A stretch of 36,126 nucleotides of DNA from Candidatus Nanohaloarchaea archaeon (GCA_013138765.1 WTCB01000041.1:1-36126); one strand, 5' to 3'; positions 9,892 through 19,334 are shown, counted from the first letter of the stretch. Translations and numbers: made by a program. Notes: generated from the sequence alone by a model not told the origin.

Positions 9892-10515
9892 TTAACAGCA
9901 CATACCCAAAGCCACACAGCATTCGTCTTTTGTCACAAGACCCAAATCAGAAAGTCTCGTATCACAAGTATTGCCCCTTTCAGCAGCATTACATGCAGTC
10001 TCCTGCAACTCAGAAAGCTTGACAATCGGTTTTTTGATGACTTCTGGCGCCTCTATCAGTTCAGAACTCTGTTGAGACCTATTATTTGCAACATCACCTA
10101 CATCATCATCATCTAAAAAACCATTAATACCAGACCCAAAAGAACTATCCACAACATAAATCTCTTGCAGATACTTATTCTTTAAAGAATCATCAATATC
10201 TGATTTATTTATATTGATTTTAGCCTGTTCAATATAGTTATTCTGTTTTATTATAAGTCCCGCAGAGAATCTTACTTTATCATCTGAATCAAGAGCATTC
10301 AATTCAAGTTCTCGCTCATTTGCTAAAGATATAAGTATTTCAGCCTTATCTATAGAACTGAATGTAAATAATAGATGAACCCTTTCAAAAAATAGATCAA
10401 ATGCATAAAATATATCTCCAGGAAGAACACCTGCATCCACTCTATCACCAACAGCATAAGATACAGGCATAATAAAGATTAAAACAAAGAGAATCACAAT
10501 AAAACCATATTTCAT
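9892..10515 (-). CDS. Secreted protein with a C-terminal six-cysteine module (C-x8-C-x14-CC-x5-CC-COOH)
   Basis: The internal ATG at 10515 is preceded by GGTGGGTGTGG (SD-like) and gives the signal peptide MKYGFIVILFVLIFIMPVSYA|VGD. The track start at 10599 adds an implausible Cys-rich leader. The C-terminus is CNAAERGNTCDTRLSDLGLVTKDECCVALGMCC. Confidence 0.65.
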   Translation of the reverse strand: MKYGFIVILFVLIFIMPVSYAVGDRVDAGVLPGDIFYAFDLFFERVHLLFTFSSIDKAEILISLANERELELNALDSDDKVRFSAGLIIKQNNYIEQAKININKSDIDDSLKNKYLQEIYVVDSSFGSGINGFLDDDDVGDVANNRSQQSSELIEAPEVIKKPIVKLSELQETACNAAERGNTCDTRLSDLGLVTKDECCVALGMCC

Positions 10516-10585
10516 AATACTACCACACCCACCATATATATTTATTAAAAATAGTATATAAAAACATAAGTCACAGATTATAGAA

Positions 10586-11095
10586 TCAACAACAGACATT
10601 AAAATCCAAACAGCAACTCTCTTTAGTCAATAAATTATTTGTTGCAAGATTAACAAACTCACAAAAATCATTATAATCATACCTGACGCACCATGCATTT
10701 GTCTTCATTTCACGTCGTATATTCACAGTGCTTGATTTAATTGTATAATTTATAGAGATATTATTCGGATAATCACCAATATAAGATACACCTTTCTCAA
10801 ATTCAAGTGTATACCCCGCCTTTGCAAGAACAGATCTCTCCTCAACAAGATATTCTTCAATATCATCAATTATAGATTTATGACCCACAACAGAAATAAT
10901 ATTAAATATGTCTGATTCCATTTGATTGATAACAAAAAGAGTCCTATCATACTGCATATATGATAGCTCAATATCACGATTCTGCGTAAGTGTACCATTT
11001 AATACTGTAAGTGAAAAAAGAATGACCACAATACTTATTACAAAAAACTGACCTTTGCGTGTTTTCTTAAAAACTCTTTTTTTTATATCAATCAT
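10586..11095 (-). CDS. Pilin-like protein (class III signal peptide) with a C-terminal six-cysteine module
   Basis: The N-terminus MIDIKKRVFKKTRKG|QFFVISIVVILFSLTVL has a basic stretch, KG-Q, and a hydrophobic helix of about 20 aa, as in archaeal prepilins. The C-terminus is CVRYDYNDFCEFVNLATNNLLTKESCCLDFNVCC. The start overlaps the upstream gene by 8 nt. Confidence 0.7.
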   Translation of the reverse strand: MIDIKKRVFKKTRKGQFFVISIVVILFSLTVLNGTLTQNRDIELSYMQYDRTLFVINQMESDIFNIISVVGHKSIIDDIEEYLVEERSVLAKAGYTLEFEKGVSYIGDYPNNISINYTIKSSTVNIRREMKTNAWCVRYDYNDFCEFVNLATNNLLTKESCCLDFNVCC

Positions 11096-12671
11096 AATAC
11101 CACGATTTCCATGTCATTACATAAGGTTGAGACATATCCTTATTTGCAAGAAGTACAAAATCACTTGATACAACATCGCGTGCATTGTCCTGTATAGTAG
11201 ACAAAACTATTGTTTTTGGTGAAACCCACAATATAAGATTTCTCAAAAGATGCCATTCATCAAGTGATACAATATTATCTGTTATCCATGCAGTCCGTCC
11301 CGTAAAACGACCATAATTTGCGATTGAAACCGGCATTTGCCCACCATAATTAGTCTCAAAATCTGATTCGACCAAAACATATTGAGATCTGTTCACCCCC
11401 TCATCACCAAAACCATGACTTGAATATACTTTATTATCCTTGTTCATATCAAAAAAGACATGAGACTCTTCAATATAGAATTCAATTGAATTTCCACGGA
11501 CATCAATTAATGATATTGTATAATTATTACCGTCAAGTTCAATAATATCACCCTGAAAAAGTCCTGAAAAATAACCATCATTTGTAAAATTAAGATCTTG
11601 ATTTTCATCAATATATAACTTATCATATCCTAAACCAGTAGAATTAATAAGCAAAACCCCATAATCTTCATGTTTCAAAGACATCAACTTAAATTTATAA
11701 ATCCCATTTGTTGAATTAATGGTACTTGAAAAATTCAATGTTGAACGAGAATCACCAATACATACACCACCATCATTAACAGTACAATTAGCAGAACCGA
11801 TTGTATGATTAGTGTCCCCTATATATACCACAACAATACCAGTTGTCATATCCCACCACCCCTCTTCAGAAACATTTAAATTAGAAACACCTTCAATATT
11901 TAATACAACCGGACTTACATAAAAATATTTATGTAATACGTATCCCGCTTCAAATGGATTCAAGTCAGAGAATGTAGAATTAAAATCTAAAGAAGGTAAA
12001 CTTGTATCATTCCATAATAATCCAAAAATATTTTTTTGCACATCAAAATCAACAAATGATTCATTGCTTAAATTTGAAATCTGAATCACACCTTTGCCTT
12101 GCCGAAGGAAATTCAAAAGTTTAATATTATATGTATCATTCATCAGACTGACATGACTGACCATCTCAATATCAGTCCCTTCAATAGGAATTACAAGCAC
12201 ATCAAAAGTTTTCCAATTTGCATCAAATGTAGTATTCCTTATTTCAAGCAAAGTTTTTTTACCATTGATGATCACCTGTTTATCTTCACCAAAAATATTT
12301 TGCGATATATTTGTACCGTATCTAAGGTATGTTTCTTCATCAGATGTCAAGACACCAACACGAATCAATGGTTTAATAAGATGTTTAAGAGTAATTGCAA
12401 CACCCATTTTTTCTTTCCCTGCAAGATACGACGCAACTTCAGAAAATGTATCAAAGCTGTTGCCTGAAATTAATTCAGTATAACCAAGATAGTTCATGAC
12501 ACCCGCAATATCTCTTGATTCCTGTGATAACCGTGCCACACGCCAACCATCATTTTCTGATATTACAGAGATAATATTACTAGAATAACTAAGAAGGATC
12601 ATTATTGCAATAACCGCTTCAAGACTATGCATAAACCCTTTACGCTTAAAACAAAACCGTTTCATAATCAA
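11088..12671 (-). CDS. Large pilin-like protein (527 aa, class III signal peptide); candidate minor pilin or tip adhesin
   Basis: N-terminus MIMKRFCFKRKG|FMHSLEAVIAIMILLSYSS. It shares the module DIIELDGNNYTISLIDVRGN with the adjacent 224-aa protein. Confidence 0.7.
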   Translation of the reverse strand: MIMKRFCFKRKGFMHSLEAVIAIMILLSYSSNIISVISENDGWRVARLSQESRDIAGVMNYLGYTELISGNSFDTFSEVASYLAGKEKMGVAITLKHLIKPLIRVGVLTSDEETYLRYGTNISQNIFGEDKQVIINGKKTLLEIRNTTFDANWKTFDVLVIPIEGTDIEMVSHVSLMNDTYNIKLLNFLRQGKGVIQISNLSNESFVDFDVQKNIFGLLWNDTSLPSLDFNSTFSDLNPFEAGYVLHKYFYVSPVVLNIEGVSNLNVSEEGWWDMTTGIVVVYIGDTNHTIGSANCTVNDGGVCIGDSRSTLNFSSTINSTNGIYKFKLMSLKHEDYGVLLINSTGLGYDKLYIDENQDLNFTNDGYFSGLFQGDIIELDGNNYTISLIDVRGNSIEFYIEESHVFFDMNKDNKVYSSHGFGDEGVNRSQYVLVESDFETNYGGQMPVSIANYGRFTGRTAWITDNIVSLDEWHLLRNLILWVSPKTIVLSTIQDNARDVVSSDFVLLANKDMSQPYVMTWKSWYYD

Positions 12672-12695
12672 TCCAAATCCAATAACTATAAATCC

Positions 12696-13370
12696 TCAAA
12701 AATACATAATATTTATCTTTGCCATAAAACCATCAAGTGTTGAATATCTATTTACCGCAACCATATCTCTATTAATGCTACCCCAACCATAAGATAATGC
12801 TGTTCTTTTAAGACCCACAAAATTTCCATCAGAGTCAATTATCGATATAGTATAATTCACACCATTGATTAAAATAATATTATCCTTTACACGATCACTA
12901 TAAAAACTATCTGCCCAAACATCAACAACATCATAACCAGATATACTACTATTTTGCACAGTAAAATTTACAGTTAATTCATCACTATAATCTTTATTAA
13001 ATACAGCAGTTCCAAAATGATTATTTCCTAAAATATCTTCAGTAAATATTATAGGATACTGTTCAATTATTATCTTCTGCCGATATCTATATTTCTCATC
13101 GATTGAATCACGGAGCTTCGTCCTGTTCCCTGCATAAATATCTATCAAAGATTCATTAAGCACATAATCCTTGATTTGAATATCCCTTAAAAACACTTCT
13201 GAAAAAAACCATGCTTCAGCATGAAGATTATTATTATCAATAGTATCATAAAAAGGACCTATTGAACCCATAGCAATATTTGCCGCATACACAACAGATA
13301 AAGCTAAAACAAAAAATGCAAAAATATAATCTATATTTAACTGTCCTTTACGTCTACACTGCAATAACAC
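12696..13370 (-). CDS. Pilin-like protein (224 aa, class III signal peptide)
   Basis: GTG start. N-terminus MLLQCRRKG|QLNIDYIFAFFVLALSVVYAA. It contains NIILINGVNYTISIIDSDGN, paralogous to a segment of the 527-aa protein. Confidence 0.65.
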   Translation of the reverse strand: MLLQCRRKGQLNIDYIFAFFVLALSVVYAANIAMGSIGPFYDTIDNNNLHAEAWFFSEVFLRDIQIKDYVLNESLIDIYAGNRTKLRDSIDEKYRYRQKIIIEQYPIIFTEDILGNNHFGTAVFNKDYSDELTVNFTVQNSSISGYDVVDVWADSFYSDRVKDNIILINGVNYTISIIDSDGNFVGLKRTALSYGWGSINRDMVAVNRYSTLDGFMAKINIMYF

Positions 13371-13403
13371 ACAAAAGACCCCACATATTATAAATCATAA
13401 AAC

Positions 13404-14342
13404 TTACCCAAAAATCATAAAGACAACAAACGCTACAACAGACAAAAATAATGCATGCTTGACACCTGCAGCTGCCGAACCCTCACTAATTTCACCACAC
13501 ATAAAACCACTGGTTATTGCCTGAATCAAGGCCATCAAAAAGAACAACGCTTCAAAATAACAAAGCTGCCCTTCCCCAAAACCAAAAGGAACACATATAG
13601 AACACACAAAAGGTACCATTGAACAATATTCTATCTCAGAACTGCTTGCAGACGAATCAGAAGCACCAAAAAGATTAACATCCATAAGACCCGAAGAGAC
13701 TAAAGGCATCATTATATTATACATCATAAGAGCTATGACTAAGAAAAGAAAAGAAATAAAATACATCATAATAACCTGCTGAGACATATCTGCTTTTCTT
13801 TCATCATGTAGTTCTTTTATAGCCTTTATATCAGTTGAAAGATCATCCATCACTTCAGTAACATCACCCCCTGCATTAAATGCTTCAAGAATTATAGTAA
13901 ATGACCTCCGCATAATACTACTATACTTAAGTCTATCAGCCATAGACGTCATAACCTGCACAAAAGGCATACCCCAAGAAAGTTGATGCACTGATTTTGC
14001 AATTTCAGAATTAAGTTCACCATAATCAGTATTCATACGGCTGCGTAATGCATCTTGAAATGTCATACCACTTTTTTTTGCTTCAGCAAAATCTCTCAAA
14101 AAACGAGGAAACTGTTCTTCCATACGATTATATTTAGAAAAATTAAAATACGCATAAAGCGATGAAGGCACAACCGAAATTATAGCTCCTAAAAACAAAA
14201 TAAATATACCCAATGATTGAAAAATAGGATTAAAAGCTAAAAAAAGACCAAAGATTATAAATAAAATACCAGTTATAAGAGATCCTTTTTTAAACAATTT
14301 CTCATTTTCATGCCTAAAAAACGTATTTATGTCAAAACCCAT
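13404..14342 (-). CDS. Type IV filament platform protein, C-terminal-half equivalent (T2SSF domain; FlaJ/TadC-like)
   Basis: Polytopic membrane protein with a cytoplasmic T2SSF-like segment, FPRFLRDFAEAKKSGMTFQDALRS...ILEAFNAGGDVTEVMDDL. The ATG lies immediately after the TAA of the preceding platform gene, in the same frame. Confidence 0.8.
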   Translation of the reverse strand: MGFDINTFFRHENEKLFKKGSLITGILFIIFGLFLAFNPIFQSLGIFILFLGAIISVVPSSLYAYFNFSKYNRMEEQFPRFLRDFAEAKKSGMTFQDALRSRMNTDYGELNSEIAKSVHQLSWGMPFVQVMTSMADRLKYSSIMRRSFTIILEAFNAGGDVTEVMDDLSTDIKAIKELHDERKADMSQQVIMMYFISFLFLVIALMMYNIMMPLVSSGLMDVNLFGASDSSASSSEIEYCSMVPFVCSICVPFGFGEGQLCYFEALFFLMALIQAITSGFMCGEISEGSAAAGVKHALFLSVVAFVVFMIFG

Positions 14343-15278
14343 TTAATTCGTCTCCGGAGTTATTCCTTTTATCAATAATATCACACCTGCAGAAACTATA
14401 GGTATTATAAGAAACACAACAGCCATCTGTGAACCAACAATAAATCCAGCCATATCTGTCCCCCCCATAGACCCCATTATGGCAGTAAGCACCATAAACA
14501 TAATTGACCCAATCATCACAACAGTAAGGTATATTTCTACAATCATTGAAAGCTTATGTTGTAACATTTTTAGAATCATCTTATATTGTGACATTGCAGT
14601 CTTTGATTTTTCCCTAAGATAAATACGAAGATCCCCACCTGATAACTCAACAGTCCTCATACCCCATAAAAGATCCATAAGCTGTTGAGACGGTGTCCGC
14701 TCGGCCGCATTTTTCAAAGCATGAAGTATATCAATGCCCAACACATCTACTTCTTCCACAATTTTATTTGCTTCTTTTGAAATTTCACCATATTCATTAA
14801 ATTTTGCAAGTGCACGAAACATCGCAATTGGTGGGGTACCGCCACCAGACAGTGTAGTAAGATACAATGTGGCATACGGAACAAGTCCATCTATCTTTTT
14901 TTTTCTTTCATCCCGACGTATACCTGGATACATATAAAAAAAACCAAAAATAAGCCCCGAAAAAAACACAGCACCAAAAATTGAAAAAAAAAGCGACATA
15001 AATATATTACAAGTAATTATAATGATTATGACCGATAAAGACAATGCCATACAAACAAAAACAACTATTGATGTAAGGACTGCCACAGAAATATAATCAT
15101 CTAAAGCCATGTTTATGTCCCCTTTTTTCATAGAGACCTTAAAATCACTAAAATATTTCATATAAGGCTGTACATAAGGACGAAATAAATCCGAAGCAAA
15201 CTTAACATAATTAAAACTACCTTTCAATTGTTCTTCTTGATTAAATGATTTAATCGATGTTGCTGTCATAATCCTCAC
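14343..15278 (-). CDS. Type IV filament platform protein, N-terminal-half equivalent (T2SSF domain; FlaJ/TadB-like)
   Basis: TM helices plus the FlaJ-like segment PYATLYLTTLSGGGTPPIAMFRALAKFNEYGEISKEANKIVEEVDVLGIDILHALKNAAERTPSQQLMDLLWGMRTVELSGGDL. The start overlaps the ATPase gene end by 29 nt. Confidence 0.8.
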   Translation of the reverse strand: MRIMTATSIKSFNQEEQLKGSFNYVKFASDLFRPYVQPYMKYFSDFKVSMKKGDINMALDDYISVAVLTSIVVFVCMALSLSVIIIIITCNIFMSLFFSIFGAVFFSGLIFGFFYMYPGIRRDERKKKIDGLVPYATLYLTTLSGGGTPPIAMFRALAKFNEYGEISKEANKIVEEVDVLGIDILHALKNAAERTPSQQLMDLLWGMRTVELSGGDLRIYLREKSKTAMSQYKMILKMLQHKLSMIVEIYLTVVMIGSIMFMVLTAIMGSMGGTDMAGFIVGSQMAVVFLIIPIVSAGVILLIKGITPETN

Positions 15279-17298
15279 CGATTAAATCCATCAAAGTATT
15301 ACTATCATTATAATATGCATTAATCACTTCATTGACACGCAAATAATTAGTTATATATTTATCAGACATCCACTCCAATATTTTCATCCTTTGACGAAGT
15401 TGATCTTTCAATAAATTTATACTGATCCCGCTCTCATTAGATATCTTACCAAGAATATGGCTCTCTGAAACAACTAAACATTTATCATTAAATGTATCTA
15501 ACTCAAATACTTTATTAGCTAATATTTTATCATTCTCAGAATCATAACCTATTATCTCTTGAACCTGTGTAACTCTTCGTACATATCCATTCTGTAATTT
15601 TAATCTTTTTGCAAATACCAAAAGATCCAATGTTTCAAGAAGCGACTTTGAAAGATTTATAGGTCTTGTAGTAAGCCTATCTACTACTTTTTCTAAAGAA
15701 TCAGCATGGAATGTTGAAAGTCCAGGGTGACCTGTTGCAATCTGCTGAAAAAATACTGAAGCTTCAATACCACGAATTTCACCCACAATTATATAATCAG
15801 GTCTTTGCCTAAGTGAACCTTTAAGAAGATCAAACATACTGACTTCACCACGACGTTTCCCACTAACATCAGACTCACCAAAACCAACCCGCGAAACCTC
15901 TGGTACCCAATGTTCATGAGATAATTTAATTTCAGGAGTATCTTCTATTGAAACCACTTTTGCAGAAGGTTTTATAAACATGGAAACAGCATTCAATAAA
16001 GACGTCTTTCCAGATGCCGTAGCCCCCACAATCAATATAGATTTTCCATACTCAATTGCAAGCCAGAGATATGCAAGAGTTCTTGAATCCATTGTACCAA
16101 AATTAAGAAGATGTACAGGCGTCAATGGTTCATTAAGGAAACGTCTTATCGTTATATTAGACCCTTTTGATGCAATATCTGTAGCGAGTGTTGCCTGAAC
16201 CCTTGAACCATCAGGTAAAGAACCTTGAAGAAGTGGCTCCGCCATAGATATTGACCTTCCACATTTCTGTGCAATCCTCATAACAAGGGTATCTAATTCC
16301 TCATGAGTCTTAAAAATAATATTAGTCTGCAATGAACCAAGTTTAGGATCCCTATGATAAACATACATAGGTATGCCAACACCATCACAGCTTATATCTT
16401 CTATATGGGAATCATTGAGTATTGGCTGCAAAGCTCCAAGTCCAACAAAATCACGAATTATATAATATTTATATATATCAAGTTTACTTTTATCTACTGA
16501 AAAATTAAAACGTATTATTATCTTTTCCATCATAGATTCTATGTATGTTGTAGATGAATCCTTACTGAATGACTTAAAATCAACATCAATCTCTTCTTCA
16601 ATCACTTTCTTAATTTTATCTATCTGACTTTTATCTTGTAAGGATAAAATAGGTTCCACAACAGTATATATTATACAATTTTTTTTATTATCCCATACAA
16701 TGTTCGCCCAAGCATATACTTTTTCACCATCTTTAGGTGCCGGAGGCGTTAATGGATATTTTATATTTGTCTTAAAAAAATCTGAAGTTGTCAAATTCTT
16801 ACGGACACGTATAGTCTTGAGTTCAAGATTTTCCAAATCCACACCTTTAATATCTTCTTTAAGCGTATTCTTCACATTTTTCTTATAATTACTACCAGAT
16901 ACCTGTTTATTTGCCATAGGATTCGAAATGACAGACGAAAAAGACTGTATATTAGAAACCGTTTCATTTTGATTATCAATAATTCCCGAAACAGCATTTT
17001 GAGAATCCGGATAAACTGGAAGTTGAGACTGATAAGGTCTTGGAACTTGATTACCTGAAAAAGACCTAAACGATTGCATTGGTGCAACATTTTCTTCAAT
17101 TATGAAAATTGGAGATGAATTGCCCCCTTTAGAAAAATTAGTAATAGGTAATTCCCTACGTTTTTCAGCACGAGACAATATTTTTTCAGTATTTTCAATC
17201 AGACCACTATTTATATCACTATGAATAATAGATGCTTGATACCTCTTTGCAAACTTTTTTGTAACTTTTCGAAGATTGAATCGTTTAATACTCACCAC
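15250..17298 (-). CDS. Type IV filament assembly ATPase (FlaI/PilB/TadA, GspE-VirB11 superfamily) with an extended low-complexity N-terminus
   Basis: Walker A VGATASGKTSLLNA, Walker B/Asp box RPDYIIVGEIRG, His box ATGHPGLSTFHADS. GTG start inside a GAGGTGGTGA SD-like string. About the first 190 aa are S/N/Q/P-rich and not part of the usual FlaI fold. Confidence 0.9.
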   Translation of the reverse strand: MVSIKRFNLRKVTKKFAKRYQASIIHSDINSGLIENTEKILSRAEKRRELPITNFSKGGNSSPIFIIEENVAPMQSFRSFSGNQVPRPYQSQLPVYPDSQNAVSGIIDNQNETVSNIQSFSSVISNPMANKQVSGSNYKKNVKNTLKEDIKGVDLENLELKTIRVRKNLTTSDFFKTNIKYPLTPPAPKDGEKVYAWANIVWDNKKNCIIYTVVEPILSLQDKSQIDKIKKVIEEEIDVDFKSFSKDSSTTYIESMMEKIIIRFNFSVDKSKLDIYKYYIIRDFVGLGALQPILNDSHIEDISCDGVGIPMYVYHRDPKLGSLQTNIIFKTHEELDTLVMRIAQKCGRSISMAEPLLQGSLPDGSRVQATLATDIASKGSNITIRRFLNEPLTPVHLLNFGTMDSRTLAYLWLAIEYGKSILIVGATASGKTSLLNAVSMFIKPSAKVVSIEDTPEIKLSHEHWVPEVSRVGFGESDVSGKRRGEVSMFDLLKGSLRQRPDYIIVGEIRGIEASVFFQQIATGHPGLSTFHADSLEKVVDRLTTRPINLSKSLLETLDLLVFAKRLKLQNGYVRRVTQVQEIIGYDSENDKILANKVFELDTFNDKCLVVSESHILGKISNESGISINLLKDQLRQRMKILEWMSDKYITNYLRVNEVINAYYNDSNTLMDLIGEDYDSNID

Positions 17299-17740
17299 CT
17301 CTCAAAAATATAGAGTCACCATCATATTCCACTTTTAATATCTTACCCGAACTGGAAACAATACCTTGAACGTTAACAGAGACATCAACAATTTTCCTGC
17401 TATTACCCATTTTTATCATAAATTTATTTTGAGGTGGATTAAACCCAGATATTAAGTATCTTTCTTGACTTATAGTCTCTGGGATTTCAAGAACAACATA
17501 GCCTGATGTTGCATTTGAATATACAAGCTTATCTATTGCAGAAATTATAAAATTAGAGATCTGCATAGCACTCTGCTCTTCAATATCCCCTGAAACACGA
17601 TTATTTATACTATTAAATGTTGATGAAACTCCTGTAATTATCAAAATTGCAAGAGCAATAAACAATATCTCTTCAAGAACTAAATTCTGTCCTTTACGTT
17701 TTCTTGAAAAATATTGCATCACATTCACACTAACTGCCAA
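17285..17740 (-). CDS. Pilin-like protein (151 aa, class III signal peptide)
   Basis: The N-terminus contains ...MQYFSRKRKG|QNLVLEEILFIALAILIITGVSS. It overlaps both neighbours (11 and 14 nt), which suggests translational coupling. Confidence 0.65.
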   Translation of the reverse strand: MAVSVNVMQYFSRKRKGQNLVLEEILFIALAILIITGVSSTFNSINNRVSGDIEEQSAMQISNFIISAIDKLVYSNATSGYVVLEIPETISQERYLISGFNPPQNKFMIKMGNSRKIVDVSVNVQGIVSSSGKILKVEYDGDSIFLRGGEY

Positions 17741-18683
17741 ATGATACTGTCACAGGTGTCACTGTAAGTGGACCTCCTGTCTTTTCGGCAACTACCCCAG
17801 AAACAAAATCATCAAGAGTAGATATTGTCAATGAAACTTTTGTAAGTGAATCACTTGAACCAATAATATTATTTCCTTTCTTTGTAATCAATGTAAGATA
17901 GCCATTCCCATTTTCATTATTAATATCATCAAGCTCACGATATACTAACTTAAAAATAGTCTTGTATCCATCACCATGGGGGATTGTCTTAACAACGATA
18001 ACTCCTGCCTCATTGACGCCTGAAAAACCAGTATTCACTTTTTCAGGACCAGATATTGTGACAAAATCATTAATGCAATCAATATATTCGACTTTATAAC
18101 CATCAGTACCTAAATGAGTTCCTGAAACCGCCCCAGTATAATCCATAGTATTATCAGTACAATCAACATCAACATCATTAATTGTACACAATAGACTAAA
18201 ATTACATTCATTATTTCCGGGCAGCATCACACTATCAGTATTATTCCCTGTATACATCGGTTGCGATATAGGATTAAACCCATCAAGAGAAACCCATTGT
18301 CCTACTGCTGAAGTAACCCCTTTTGTCATTATTGTATAAGTTATAGAATTGATTCGATTAGAAGGTACCATGGCTTTAATGCTGCCATCAGCAGTTTTAT
18401 TGAGCGTACCGCCGTCAATCCTCATTTCTCCTGCAAGATTAAGATTTATCACGCGAGAACCCCCGGATGATGAAACTTCATCAATTGATGTCTTTATATT
18501 CTGCATAATAGAGAATGCCTGAGTAACCTCTGAATTTGTTTTACTTTTATCAAGCATAGGAAGTCCCCACCAAAGTGCACCTGATACTGCAGCAATACTA
18601 ATCCCCGTAAGCAATATCATAGAGATTATCTGTACCTGCGCTTTTTTCCTAACAAAATTTGACGTCATAATAACCATACCCAT
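17730..18683 (-). CDS. Pilin-like protein (317 aa, class III-like signal peptide)
   Basis: N-terminus ...SNFVRKKA|QVQIISMILLTGISIAAVSGALWW, with Ala at position -1. The extracellular part has 5 Cys (ECNFSLLCTINDVDVDC...). Confidence 0.65.
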   Translation of the reverse strand: MGMVIMTSNFVRKKAQVQIISMILLTGISIAAVSGALWWGLPMLDKSKTNSEVTQAFSIMQNIKTSIDEVSSSGGSRVINLNLAGEMRIDGGTLNKTADGSIKAMVPSNRINSITYTIMTKGVTSAVGQWVSLDGFNPISQPMYTGNNTDSVMLPGNNECNFSLLCTINDVDVDCTDNTMDYTGAVSGTHLGTDGYKVEYIDCINDFVTISGPEKVNTGFSGVNEAGVIVVKTIPHGDGYKTIFKLVYRELDDINNENGNGYLTLITKKGNNIIGSSDSLTKVSLTISTLDDFVSGVVAEKTGGPLTVTPVTVSFGS

Positions 18684-18765
18684 AGATTAAATTAATTTAA
18701 TCATAAAAATTAATTTAAATCAGTTATTAATAATTCGTTACCGTAGAATATATAGTTTTAAGGAA

Positions 18766-18817
18766 AAACAAAAAAATAAAGAAAAATTATTTAAAAAAAG
18801 AAGAAAATAAAAAAAAG
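18766..18817 (-). terminator. Oligo-T tract cluster downstream of the major pilin gene (candidate archaeal terminator or attenuator)
   Basis: The minus strand immediately after the pilin stop reads TC-TTTTTTTT-ATTTTCTTCTTTTTTT...TTTATTTTTTTGTTTTT. Archaeal RNAP terminates at oligo-T runs. This sits in a 135-nt gap in an otherwise overlapping operon. Confidence 0.4.
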
Positions 18818-18818
18818 A

Positions 18819-19334
18819 TTAACAATGTGTATCTGTACCAGATACCACATTACATCCATATGCTAAAACATAACCATTATTTAATATGAACTCAAATGTT
18901 TTTGTAGTGCCTACAACTGGAAGATCCTCAGAAGCAACAGTCAAAATACAGGTCTCACTGATTTCAAGAGCATCATTACTAGTACAAGTACCTGTAAATG
19001 TAGGTGTAATTTCAATGGCACCATCTACTTTATAATTAGTAGTACCTTCATCAATCGCCGCAACTACAAGAGTACCAGTATTCTTAATTATAAAATCAAG
19101 ATTTGCTGAAGTTATAGGATTCTCCTGAACCTGTAATATCTGTAAATCAGTCCGCATCTTATCAGATTGTGCACTCACCTGATCCTCAATAGCAGCAGTC
19201 TGTGTATCAGTCATATCCATTATGAACTCATATGCAAGACCTGCAGCAGCAACAGTCATCATAAGAAGAAGAACCATTGCAATTACTGGAGTAATTCCCT
19301 TTCTGTTAACAATTTTTTTTGACATAATTATCAC
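18819..19334 (-). CDS. Archaeal type IV pilin (Pilin_N/DUF1628-type N-terminus); candidate major filament subunit
   Basis: MIIMSKKIVNRKG|ITPVIAMVLLLMMTVAAAGLAY closely matches the archaeal pilin N-terminal consensus (R/K-G-x-S/T-P-V-I-x-x-x-L-L/M-x-x-x-T-V). It is a small beta-rich body with 4 Cys, is first in the pilin series, and is followed by T-tracts. Confidence 0.8.
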   Translation of the reverse strand: MIIMSKKIVNRKGITPVIAMVLLLMMTVAAAGLAYEFIMDMTDTQTAAIEDQVSAQSDKMRTDLQILQVQENPITSANLDFIIKNTGTLVVAAIDEGTTNYKVDGAIEITPTFTGTCTSNDALEISETCILTVASEDLPVVGTTKTFEFILNNGYVLAYGCNVVSGTDTHC

